Shown: piece after piece, positions 18,541-26,463 of the stretch
Layout of the letters: every line of letters begins with the position of its first letter
Numbering within the stretch: position 1 is the first letter of the stretch
Virus record (IMG/VR): IMGVR_UViG_3300033512_000234
Coordinates: 1 to 26,645 of that record
From: a virus
Taxonomy: Duplodnaviria > Caudoviricetes
DNA: 26,645 nucleotides
Direction: 5' to 3' (one strand)
Made by a program: the position numbers and the translations under genes
The notes under the pieces: model-generated
The model's database searches: none
The model's input: the letters and a program-made list of their open reading frames with translations, nothing else
Told to the model about the DNA's origin: nothing

Positions 18541-18767
18541 TGGACGAACTTAAACACCCCGACGAAGCGGCAGACGCGGCAGAACGCGAAGAACTTAAAA
18601 GAGCGATTGACACCCACGGCCGCCGGGAGTTTTGTCAATCGTTGAGACTAAACTATATGCAAGTATCAAACCAACTCAACGGGGCGACAACTCTCCGCCG
18701 TTGTGTTGCCGAGTATTACCGCGACGCCCTCGCGACGTTGAAGAGTACCCAACGGCGGAAAAAATGA
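18540..18767 (+). CDS. Small HTH (Cro-like) DNA-binding protein
   Basis: 75 aa; RREFCQSLRLNYMQVSNQLNG has HTH spacing. Confidence 0.55.
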   Translation: MDELKHPDEAADAAEREELKRAIDTHGRREFCQSLRLNYMQVSNQLNGATTLRRCVAEYYRDALATLKSTQRRKK

Positions 18768-19576
18768 AGGAGACTCACTACTATTTTACCCACGATATAC
18801 GGGCCCGGTCGGATCTCAAAATCCGGGCCGTTATCTCTCAATTTGGAATTGCAGGCTATGGGGCGTGGTGGATTATCGTCGAGCTACTCCGGGAGAGTGA
18901 AAACTATCAACTCCCCGATGCGGCGTGGACCCGGAAGGCTCTCGCGGCAGAACTTCCGGGGATTGACGTCGAGGCGTTTCTCGAGCTACTAATCGAAAGT
19001 GGACTTTTGAAATCGGAGGACGGGAAACTCTTTTCTCCTTCGCTCCTTCGGAGAATGGAAAAGCTCGACGGTATACGGGAGAAAAGGGCGGCGGCCGGAT
19101 CTCAAGGGGGCCGCAAGAAAAAACAGGCGGAAGAACCAACGGAGGAGGAGCCGAAAGAGGTCGAAAGAGCGGCCGCGGGCGTTACTCTTCAAATGAACCA
19201 AAACCCGGGAGAGGACGAACGACTCCGGCAACTAATCGAACATATCGCGGAGGACATGGGGACACGATACCCGAAGCCGTCGAACAGATATTCGATAGAA
19301 CAGGCCGCGGCGAAAGCGGTCCGTTTTCAAAAATTGACGATTGAATCCTATATGGCCGGAATGAGCTCGTTTTTGCGAGAGTATGCTCCTTTCTGTTCGG
19401 TGGAATACCTACCGTCTCCGGAGAAGTGGCTCGAAAAAAATAGATGGCTAGATAATTGGAAAGATCTCGGATTTACAAAGCGAACTCAATCGAAAGGGTC
19501 ACAAAATGGAACAAGTAACGCGGGAGGAGTTTCGACTCTCCTTAATCAACTCAACGGAGGCGGCGGTCCGATTTGA
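18764..19576 (+). CDS. Replication initiator (DUF4373 / Lin1244-like)
   Basis: Start reassigned to ATG 18764; 270 aa; YFTHD..ARSD.KI......G..GYG.WW..VE.L, FS.SL..RM, R..AG..GG, C-terminal P.P..WL...RW.D. Confidence 0.8.
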   Translation: MKETHYYFTHDIRARSDLKIRAVISQFGIAGYGAWWIIVELLRESENYQLPDAAWTRKALAAELPGIDVEAFLELLIESGLLKSEDGKLFSPSLLRRMEKLDGIREKRAAAGSQGGRKKKQAEEPTEEEPKEVERAAAGVTLQMNQNPGEDERLRQLIEHIAEDMGTRYPKPSNRYSIEQAAAKAVRFQKLTIESYMAGMSSFLREYAPFCSVEYLPSPEKWLEKNRWLDNWKDLGFTKRTQSKGSQNGTSNAGGVSTLLNQLNGGGGPI

Positions 19577-20135
19577 TGATCGGGACCCGGCGAAAGAGAA
19601 AGCGGCTCGCCTCGAAAAGCTCGGAGTTCCGGAGAGATATATCGGTCTCGATATTGACGCCTCGATAATTCCGGAAGCGGCGAGAGAGTGGAGGACCAAA
19701 CACGGGAATCTACTCATTTACGGCAGAGAAACCGGAACCGGAAAAACGACGACGGCCGCCTATTTATGCCGATTGATTTCGGAGACGTTGACGACGTTTA
19801 AATTCGTTGGAGTTCCGGAATTGATTATCAAGGCCCGGGCGACATGGAACTCGAAGCGGGGAGGAGAGACGGAGGACGAAATCGTCGAGAAGTTGGTCCG
19901 GCCCGGCGTTTTGATCCTTGACGACCTCGGGGCCGAGCAATCGAGCGAGACCTCTTTGCAATTGATTTACGCTATAATTGATGGTCGTTGGTCTAAAAAC
20001 CGTCGAACCGTAATTACAACCAATCTCGAACCAATCGACCTTGTGGCTCGATACGGCGACAAAATAACGAGCCGGATCTTTTCCGGCGTTCAAGTACAAT
20101 ACAGCGGCAAAGACCGCCGGATTTTTACAGCCTAA
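19506..20135 (+). CDS. DnaC/IstB-like AAA+ helicase loader
   Basis: 209 aa; GVPERY, Walker A GRETGTGKT, Walker B LILDDLG, IID.R, TVITTN, SRI. Confidence 0.9.
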   Translation: MEQVTREEFRLSLINSTEAAVRFDDRDPAKEKAARLEKLGVPERYIGLDIDASIIPEAAREWRTKHGNLLIYGRETGTGKTTTAAYLCRLISETLTTFKFVGVPELIIKARATWNSKRGGETEDEIVEKLVRPGVLILDDLGAEQSSETSLQLIYAIIDGRWSKNRRTVITTNLEPIDLVARYGDKITSRIFSGVQVQYSGKDRRIFTA

Positions 20136-20149
20136 CGAAAGGGCACAAA

Positions 20150-20575
20150 ATGTGGATTTTTACGAATAAGAGTTTTTTATCGGCAGTCAAACACCGGACT
20201 ATGCCAAACACGGTAATCGTCCGGGCCCGTATCCGTGGACACCTCGAGGAATTTATATCGGACAATTGCCGAGGAATATCTACGATTGACGGAGTTAAAA
20301 AAGGTCGCGGGGCTTTTGCTCTCAAGGTTTATGAAACTCCATACGCCGATTATCGTTTCCGCGTTGAACTCCCGGAGGATGTGTTCTCCGACGCGGTTAA
20401 AACCGCGGCCGATAGAATCGATTATGATAATTTTAAAAACTCGATAGCCGACGAGGATTATCATCACGCGGCTCTTGAAGTTTGGCGAACAATGTATCAC
20501 GCCCAATTGTATGACGTTTCAAAAGCTAAAAGCGTAGTACTCGAGCAAGAGGACGACGGGGAGGTCGATCTATGA
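20150..20575 (+). CDS. Conserved hypothetical protein
   Basis: 141 aa; MWIFT...F.S.V, VRAR, TP.ADY.FR, IDY.NFK pattern recurrent in phages; function unknown to me. Confidence 0.7.
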   Translation: MWIFTNKSFLSAVKHRTMPNTVIVRARIRGHLEEFISDNCRGISTIDGVKKGRGAFALKVYETPYADYRFRVELPEDVFSDAVKTAADRIDYDNFKNSIADEDYHHAALEVWRTMYHAQLYDVSKAKSVVLEQEDDGEVDL

Positions 20576-21000
20576 AAGCGGGAAGCGTAGCGGAGGGATT
20601 TGTAGGAGTCCGGGAAAGAATAGACGCGGCCGCGAGAATATCGGAAATTCTCAAAGAGAAAGGGATCTCTCGGAAGGACTTCGCGGAAATGGTGGGAGCT
20701 CCTTCGGATAGAGTTTACAAGGTCCTCGGGGCCTTCACTACAGGGAACGCCGAAGAGCTCGCAAAATGGGAGCGGTATCTCGAGCGTAAAGACGACGGAA
20801 TCGAAATGTTCCCAAAGGAGACCGGGAGCGAAATCTATCGGGTAATTATGAAGGAATCAAAGGGGCCTCTCGGGACCGTATTCCCCGGGAAAGGGGCCTT
20901 TCGTTGGCAGTATCGAGTAAATGGACGGATAAAGGACTCGGGGCCGTGTAGTAGCTACGAAGAGGGCCGGGCGGAGATTATAAACCGGGCTTTTGCATAA
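20572..21000 (+). CDS. XRE-family HTH regulator with C-terminal extension
   Basis: 142 aa; ISEILKEKGISRKDFAEMVG.....V. Confidence 0.7.
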   Translation: MKAGSVAEGFVGVRERIDAAARISEILKEKGISRKDFAEMVGAPSDRVYKVLGAFTTGNAEELAKWERYLERKDDGIEMFPKETGSEIYRVIMKESKGPLGTVFPGKGAFRWQYRVNGRIKDSGPCSSYEEGRAEIINRAFA

Positions 21001-21005
21001 TTTAT

Positions 21006-21047
21006 TTGCATTTATTATTTAATCATGTTATATTTGTGAATGTAACA
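21006..21047 (+). promoter_or_regulatory. Early promoter P2 with the same palindrome
   Basis: TTGCAT-17 nt-TATATT; TGTTATATT-TGTG-AATGTAACA at 21026-21047. Confidence 0.85.
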
Positions 21048-21063
21048 ACAAGAAAGGTTTAAT

Positions 21064-21312
21064 ATGTTCAAGATTGAACTTGAGATTAGTGTCGAAAATG
21101 ACGCGGTAATAATTAAAGACGTGTCGGAGCCACAGCTCGAAATGAAAACTAAATTCGACCTTCTAGCTCGTTATGTTGAAGGGTTGCGAATTGCGATTTG
21201 TTCTTGCGAAACTTGCAAAAATTACAAGAACGATGAAAACGGGAACTATTGCGGAATGGATACCGACAATGTAGAGCCCGGGTATTGTTGCGAAGATTGG
21301 GAACCGAAATAG
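21064..21312 (+). CDS. Small Cys-rich hypothetical protein
   Basis: 82 aa; AAAGG RBS; SCETCKNY...C.........CC..WE metal-binding pattern. Confidence 0.7.
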   Translation: MFKIELEISVENDAVIIKDVSEPQLEMKTKFDLLARYVEGLRIAICSCETCKNYKNDENGNYCGMDTDNVEPGYCCEDWEPK

Positions 21313-21319
21313 AAAACCG

Positions 21320-21342
21320 GCCCGCGGGAAGTGCCCGCGGGC
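21320..21342. other. GC-rich hairpin without a + strand U-tract
   Basis: GCCCGCGGG-AAGTG-CCCGCGGGC. Confidence 0.6.
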
Positions 21343-21373
21343 TATCTAGTAAAAACGACGAGGAGGTCGGAAC

Positions 21374-22381
21374 GTGAACTATTCAAAAATGCTACCTATA
21401 AAAATGGCTAATCCTATCGAGGGAGACCGCCGCGGGGATATTATCACTATCGGGGGCTCTCAAATTGCCTCTATTATGGGGATATCTCCTTTTGAAGGAT
21501 CGACGCCGCATTCGACGTGGTTGTATTTGACCGGAAGAGACGACGGCAAGGTCCAAACCGAAGCTATGGAAATCGGGATCGAAATCGAGGTGTTTATCGC
21601 GGACCTCTACGCAAAGAAAACCGGGGCAACTCTCATGGAATCCCCGAAGCTCTACGGAGTACAAGACGACGACGAGTTCGCCGGTTATTCAATCTGGGAT
21701 TATCCTTGGGCCTCGGCCTCTCCGGATAGAATTATCCTTTCGGACTCTTTCGAAACAAACGAGGGCCTCGAGATTAAAAACGCGAGCGAATACGTCGCGG
21801 ACCATTGGGCCGATGGAATCCCGAAATATTACGAAGTTCAAGCCCGGTGGTATATGGCATTGACAGGCCTCCCCGTTTGGCATTTCGCCGTTTTAATCGG
21901 TGGGAACAAGCTCCGAATGTTTACCGTCTCCCGTGAGGTAGAGGAAGAGCTTTATCTCCTCGAAACCGTCGGGGCGTGGTACGAAAAGCACATCGTGAAC
22001 GATGAGGAGCCGGGAAAGACCGACGACGAGTTCAAGGACTACGCAAAGGGGGCCGTCGTTGATGGTCGTTGGGTAGGGGATGCCGCTAATTGCGATGAAG
22101 TCGACGACCTATTCGAAGAGCTCACGGAAGCTACGGAAAACCGCAAGGCGTGGGAAAAGATCGAAGAAGATAAAAAGGCCGCTATTTTACGCTATTCCGA
22201 GGGCTTTACAGGTATCGAAGCGTATCGAACTAAATCCTATATGAAGTGGACAATCGGGAAAGAAGCCCGCGTCACTGATTGGGAAGCGGTCGCGGTATCA
22301 CTCGGAGCCGATGGCGATATAATCGAAGCGAACACGACAACAAAAGCGGGCAAATCGTACCCGCGTTTTACTCTTAAATAG
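21374..22381 (+). CDS. YqaJ-like (lambda exonuclease family) recombination nuclease
   Basis: 335 aa; IGGS.IASIMG.SPF, G...E..IA..Y, ASPDR, LEIKN, IP.YY..Q..WYM..TG, AVLIGG. Confidence 0.92.
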   Translation: MNYSKMLPIKMANPIEGDRRGDIITIGGSQIASIMGISPFEGSTPHSTWLYLTGRDDGKVQTEAMEIGIEIEVFIADLYAKKTGATLMESPKLYGVQDDDEFAGYSIWDYPWASASPDRIILSDSFETNEGLEIKNASEYVADHWADGIPKYYEVQARWYMALTGLPVWHFAVLIGGNKLRMFTVSREVEEELYLLETVGAWYEKHIVNDEEPGKTDDEFKDYAKGAVVDGRWVGDAANCDEVDDLFEELTEATENRKAWEKIEEDKKAAILRYSEGFTGIEAYRTKSYMKWTIGKEARVTDWEAVAVSLGADGDIIEANTTTKAGKSYPRFTLK

Positions 22382-22386
22382 CAGGT

Positions 22387-22415
22387 AAAGCCCGGCGTAA
22401 AAACCGGGCGTTTTT
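22387..22415 (+). terminator. Intrinsic terminator
   Basis: GCCCGG-8 nt-CCGGGC then GTTTTT, just upstream of P3. Confidence 0.7.
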
Positions 22416-22434
22416 CAAATAGTGAAAATATTTG

Positions 22435-22476
22435 TTGATATTGTGCCGCGTTCGTGTTATATTCTCAAATGTAACA
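22435..22476 (+). promoter_or_regulatory. Early promoter P3 with the same palindrome
   Basis: TTGATA-17 nt-TATATT; TGTTATATT-CTCA-AATGTAACA at 22455-22476. Confidence 0.85.
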
Positions 22477-22522
22477 CAACGACGAACCGGAAACCCCGAG
22501 AGGGAAAACAGAGGCGGACCAA

Positions 22523-22774
22523 ATGACCGAAGCCCAACAAAAGCAGGAAAGAGTAAACGAGGCCGTTTCATCTATTGAACAGTTTTCTTTCTCTCTCATG
22601 GAAAACATTAAACAAAATAGTCGAGGAGAATCTCAAGGCGTTACCGTCAACGATATTACTTTCGCACTATTTACGGAACTAGAGAAAAACCCGGAATTAG
22701 TCCGGGCGGTATTTACGAGAGCGGCGGACGCCATTATCGCCATAAAAGAAAACGACGAGGAGGTCGGAAAATGA
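22523..22774 (+). CDS. Hypothetical protein
   Basis: 83 aa, GAGG RBS, first ORF after P3. Confidence 0.65.
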   Translation: MTEAQQKQERVNEAVSSIEQFSFSLMENIKQNSRGESQGVTVNDITFALFTELEKNPELVRAVFTRAADAIIAIKENDEEVGK

Positions 22775-23628
22775 CAGGTTCAAACGTGGAACAACAGGCT
22801 ATTATTTTCGGGGCGGTAGACTTCGAAAACGTGACAGAGACCAAAGACCCGGTTTTGGTAGTGGTCGAAAAATTCGAGGCGTTTCGGGCAACGGTCCCGC
22901 CGGTTTTGGTTATCAATACAGAGGACGAACTCCTCGCAAGTGACGGCCTTTTGAAGTCGGCGAAACGACTCGCGACATTCGCGGAGGACACTCGCAAAGA
23001 GCTTGTTTCTCCCCTCAATTCGGAAGTAAAGCGGATTAACGATACATTCCGGCAAATTACCGGGCCGCTCGAAGCCCTCGAGAATACAATCAAGGCGGCT
23101 ATTTTGGATCATCGGAGAGAAGAACAGCGGAAGGCGGAAGAGGCTCGGAGACAGGCGGAAGCTATTCGCCTCGCAAAAGAGGCGGAACTCCGGGCGGAAG
23201 CTCAAAAACAGGCAAGACAGGCGGAAGAGAATCGCCTCGAAGCGGAACGGAAACGCAGGGAAGCAGAAGAACTCGAAGGCCGCGAACGTGCCGCAATGTT
23301 ACGGAGTGCCGCGGCCGACGATGCAAGAGCAACAAAGCAAGACACGGCGGCTACAGAATCGGCGTTTCTCGCGGTCGCGGTCGCTTCGGTCCCTGTTGAG
23401 GCAAAACTCCCGACTAAAATCGCGGGGACGTTCGTCTCGACTACTTACAAGGTCGGAATAACCGACAAAGCGGCCTTTGTTCGTTGGGCTCTTGAAAGCG
23501 GAAACCTTCACTTTCTCGACATTAACGCGGGTATGCTCGACAAAATGGCGGCTACTACAAAAGGGGCTCAACAGTGGCCCGGCGTCAATGTTCAAGCTAT
23601 CGAACGTGTTAGTTCTTCGAGACGATAA
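22771..23628 (+). CDS. Long coiled-coil protein (loosely Gam/DUF1351-like)
   Basis: 285 aa; EDTRKELVSPLN..VK.IN..F.....PLE..E..IK, E/R/A-rich middle, C-terminal PGV. Confidence 0.65.
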   Translation: MTGSNVEQQAIIFGAVDFENVTETKDPVLVVVEKFEAFRATVPPVLVINTEDELLASDGLLKSAKRLATFAEDTRKELVSPLNSEVKRINDTFRQITGPLEALENTIKAAILDHRREEQRKAEEARRQAEAIRLAKEAELRAEAQKQARQAEENRLEAERKRREAEELEGRERAAMLRSAAADDARATKQDTAATESAFLAVAVASVPVEAKLPTKIAGTFVSTTYKVGITDKAAFVRWALESGNLHFLDINAGMLDKMAATTKGAQQWPGVNVQAIERVSSSRR

Positions 23629-23630
23629 AC

Positions 23631-23662
23631 AAAAGGGCCCCGGATTACCTCCGGGGCCTTTT
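23631..23662. terminator. Probable bidirectional intrinsic terminator
   Basis: AAAAGG-GCCCCGGA-TTACC-TCCGGGGC-CTTTT. Confidence 0.75.
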
Positions 23663-23671
23663 GGGGGTTAA

Positions 23672-23908
23672 ATGGGAAACAATGAAAAAGAAATCCAAAC
23701 CGATAGACTCCTCCGCCTCGTTCGTGGAATGCGGATACTTCAAAACAAGTATTTCGAGACCCGCGATAATTTCGTATTAAGAAGAGCGAAAGAGGCCGAG
23801 ACTAGAGTCGACGCGGTTCTATTCAACAATAAAAAATTGATGGCCGATTTATCAATCGAGCCGGACGTAATGCAGGGGAATATTTTCGACGCCGACGGGA
23901 GGTTTTAG
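23672..23908 (+). CDS. Hypothetical protein
   Basis: 78 aa; V..MR..Q..YF.TR....L..AK..E..VD pattern. Confidence 0.7.
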   Translation: MGNNEKEIQTDRLLRLVRGMRILQNKYFETRDNFVLRRAKEAETRVDAVLFNNKKLMADLSIEPDVMQGNIFDADGRF

Positions 23909-23909
23909 A

Positions 23910-24080
23910 ATGGCGAAAAAGATCGAGCCTATTTTGTGCGACGTTTGTCTCCTTCCGGATCACCTATACCGGAAAGAGGACGGCCCTAAAAATTTCGTTT
24001 ATTGCGAGAATTGCGGGTCGAGTTTTTGGAGTAAATCGAAGTTCTTCGAGAGTTTACCTATTAAAAAGGTCGAAGCGTGA
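23910..24080 (+). CDS. 56-aa Zn-ribbon protein (not in ORF track)
   Basis: GGAGG RBS; MAKKIEPILCDVC...FVYCENCGSSFW...; TGA overlaps next GTG. Confidence 0.75.
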   Translation: MAKKIEPILCDVCLLPDHLYRKEDGPKNFVYCENCGSSFWSKSKFFESLPIKKVEA

Positions 24081-24349
24081 AACAATACATTTTGAATTAT
24101 TTTGAATCAATCGGCGAATCTCCTCACCACAATTTAAAGTGCGAGATTTGCCCGGCCCGGGCGGTTGATATTCACCACATCGACGCCCGGGGTATGGGGG
24201 GATCTAAACACAAGGACGGACCGGAGAACTTAATAGCAGTTTGCCGCCCGTGTCATGACAAATACGGAGACCGGAAACAACACAAAGACTTTTTGAGAGA
24301 TATCGCGGCGAAGCGTATCGAAAAGGCGGCCGAATGGCTTTTAAAGTAG
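24077..24349 (+). CDS. Small HNH endonuclease
   Basis: 90 aa; CEIC....VDIHHI..RGMGGS......NLIAVCRPCH. Confidence 0.88.
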   Translation: MKQYILNYFESIGESPHHNLKCEICPARAVDIHHIDARGMGGSKHKDGPENLIAVCRPCHDKYGDRKQHKDFLRDIAAKRIEKAAEWLLK

Positions 24350-24579
24350 TTAGAGAGCCCCGTTACAACTTCGGGAATGAATACGACCGATTGAGCCCCA
24401 TTTTTGGGGATATCGGGGAGCTCTCTCCGGACGTTGTGGAGGCTCTCGAGTCGAGAGGTGTTTCGGTTGAGGATTGGGCGACTATCTACGTAAAGCGATT
24501 CAAGGACGATATCGTCGAGTTGTGGGTAAGCAAGTACAGCAAGACGCCAAACAGCGAAGGATTTACGAGGGTTTTATGA
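24334..24579 (+). CDS. Hypothetical protein
   Basis: 81 aa, overlaps both neighbours in operon fashion. Confidence 0.6.
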   Translation: MAFKVVREPRYNFGNEYDRLSPIFGDIGELSPDVVEALESRGVSVEDWATIYVKRFKDDIVELWVSKYSKTPNSEGFTRVL

Positions 24580-24761
24580 ATGATCTAAGCTATCAAGAGA
24601 AAAGAACAATTTTGGAGGCTCTCGAGTCTCAAATGCGGCAAGTCGACAGCGATTTCATAGAACGCCGCGGGCGTGGCGTTACAGACGAAGCCTATTCAAA
24701 ATGGCATAGCGAGTCGATGGAATACCACAAGAATCTAATAAGTAAAATTGAATCGATGTAG
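24576..24761 (+). CDS. Hypothetical protein
   Basis: Start reassigned to ATG 24576 (GAGG RBS, ATGA overlap); 61 aa. Confidence 0.6.
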   Translation: MNDLSYQEKRTILEALESQMRQVDSDFIERRGRGVTDEAYSKWHSESMEYHKNLISKIESM

Positions 24762-24776
24762 AAAGCAGGTTGAAAA

Positions 24777-25136
24777 ATGACACTTCGCGATATAGTAGAA
24801 CAGTTAGAATTTTGTGAATTTCGGGACGAATTAGGCCACAAGCTAGAACAAAACGCCGGATTTGTCGAGCTAAAAAACAGGGCTTTTTCAACCAGTGGAG
24901 ACCATTTTTATTTAGGTCAATTGGTTTATGTAAATGGGATTAAAGGAGAAATTTCGGTTGTTGAGAATTTCAAGACTATCCGGCAGGACCCAGTTTCTCG
25001 AGTTCTTCGCGTCGATACTGTTCTCGGGAGTAGTATCGTAGCGGATAAGATCAACAAGCTAGAAACGGTAAAAGAGTACGAGGCGAGAGTTTTGTCGGAA
25101 GCGTATGCAGTTATCGAAAAATACGGTAATAAATAA
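24777..25136 (+). CDS. Hypothetical protein
   Basis: 119 aa; TAA stop is part of AAATAAC starting a degenerate attC-like element. Confidence 0.65.
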   Translation: MTLRDIVEQLEFCEFRDELGHKLEQNAGFVELKNRAFSTSGDHFYLGQLVYVNGIKGEISVVENFKTIRQDPVSRVLRVDTVLGSSIVADKINKLETVKEYEARVLSEAYAVIEKYGNK

Positions 25137-25198
25137 CCTTATATTTTTTCGAGTGAGTAATTCGAACGATAAATGAATCGGGGTCGTTGTGGTTAAAT
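25131..25198. repeat. Degenerate attC-like element A
   Basis: AAATAAC ... TGTGGTTAAAT ends shared with the other two elements; internal stem poor. Confidence 0.35.
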
Positions 25199-25317
25199 TA
25201 GCGGCGTTTTTTATGGTAATCCTGTATCTTTTTATATGGTTGGAGTCAGATGTAACTATTCATATCTGAAATAGCTCTTACTATAAGAGTAACAATAGTT
25301 TTATGCCAATTAAAACA

Positions 25318-25370
25318 AAATAACATTAAGTTGGGGTGCGTACTCGTCACCCCAAACGCTGTGGTTATAC
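25318..25370. repeat. attC-like hairpin element U (53 bp)
   Basis: AAATAAC-ATTAA-GTTGGGGTGCG-TACT-CGTCACCCCAAAC-GCTGTG-GTTATAC. Confidence 0.65.
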
Positions 25371-25392
25371 CACAGTTGGAAGGAAGAAAGCA

Positions 25393-26463
25393 GTGCATAA
25401 ATTTCCGTATGAGTGGAAAATATCCGATGGTTATCCAGCAAAAGGAATTGAGTATCATGGCTCAAAAGTATTTAGTTGTTTTGCTTGCGGTGGCGGTTCG
25501 ACAATGGGGTACAAGTTAGCAGGGTACGAAGTGATCGGATGCAATGAAATTGACCCAAGAATGAACGAATGCTATGTTGCAAACCACAATCCAAAATTCA
25601 ATTTTTTAGAGCCCATACAGAGCTTTAGGCTTCGTGATGATTTGCCTGAAGAGTTGTTCAATCTTGATATTCTCGATGGTTCACCACCTTGCAGTAGCTT
25701 TTCAACGGCAGGAGCAAGAGAAAAAGGATGGGGAAAAGAAAAGAAGTTCCGAGAAGGGCAAGCAGAGCAAGTTTTAGATACATTGTTTTTTGATTTTCTC
25801 GAACTTGCAAAGAAGTTGCAACCTAAAGTTGTTGTTGCCGAAAATGTGAAAGGGCTTTTACTTGGTGGGGCAAGACAATACCTTAAAATGGTTGGCGATG
25901 GGTTTAGGAGTGCAGGATACAAGTTTTCGTATAAATTGCTGAATGCCCAAGATATGGGAGTACCACAAATGAGAGAAAGGGTGTTTTTTTACGGAATAAG
26001 AAACGACATTGCTGATTGCATTGATTTTGAAGACATGTTTCACGAAGTGCCTTCAATCGACTTGGCTTTTAGCGAAAAGAAGATTGTATACGGTCAAGTC
26101 AGAGAAGAGACAGGAAACACTGATGCAGAATGGCTTTCACCTGTTCTGAAAGGGTTATGGGAGAAATGTGATGCAGGGAAAGCGTTTTCCACTGTACATG
26201 AAACAGAATCTTTTTTTAACGAAAAAAAACTACACAAAGACAGGGTTTGCTTTACACTTCGTGCTTCGGGGTTGCCTTATGATTACAAAGTGGAAAGAAC
26301 TTTATACAAAAACGAAATTCTAAAAATAGGGTCTTATCCTATGGATTACGATTTCAAGAAAAGTAAGCCCGAATATCTTGTTGGAATGTCAGTTCCTCCA
26401 GTTATGACAGCACAGATAGCACATAGGATTTATGAGCAATGGTTGAGTAAAATATCAAAATAA
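25393..26463 (+). CDS. C5 cytosine DNA methyltransferase (orphan within this window)
   Basis: Probable start GTG 25393 (MHKFPYEW, 356 aa); motif I FACGGG, IV GSPPC, VI ENV, VIII Q.RERVF, X GMSVPP. Confidence 0.93.
   Translation: MHKFPYEWKISDGYPAKGIEYHGSKVFSCFACGGGSTMGYKLAGYEVIGCNEIDPRMNECYVANHNPKFNFLEPIQSFRLRDDLPEELFNLDILDGSPPCSSFSTAGAREKGWGKEKKFREGQAEQVLDTLFFDFLELAKKLQPKVVVAENVKGLLLGGARQYLKMVGDGFRSAGYKFSYKLLNAQDMGVPQMRERVFFYGIRNDIADCIDFEDMFHEVPSIDLAFSEKKIVYGQVREETGNTDAEWLSPVLKGLWEKCDAGKAFSTVHETESFFNEKKLHKDRVCFTLRASGLPYDYKVERTLYKNEILKIGSYPMDYDFKKSKPEYLVGMSVPPVMTAQIAHRIYEQWLSKISK

Noticed and set aside
25331-25519. 62-aa ORF and the 25336 start of the MTase
   Set aside because: Both begin inside hairpin U; GTG 25393 after a purine-rich RBS is more plausible
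773-26043. Many minus-strand and nested alternative-frame ORFs in the track
   Set aside because: They shadow well-supported, tightly coupled + strand genes and lack recognisable motifs
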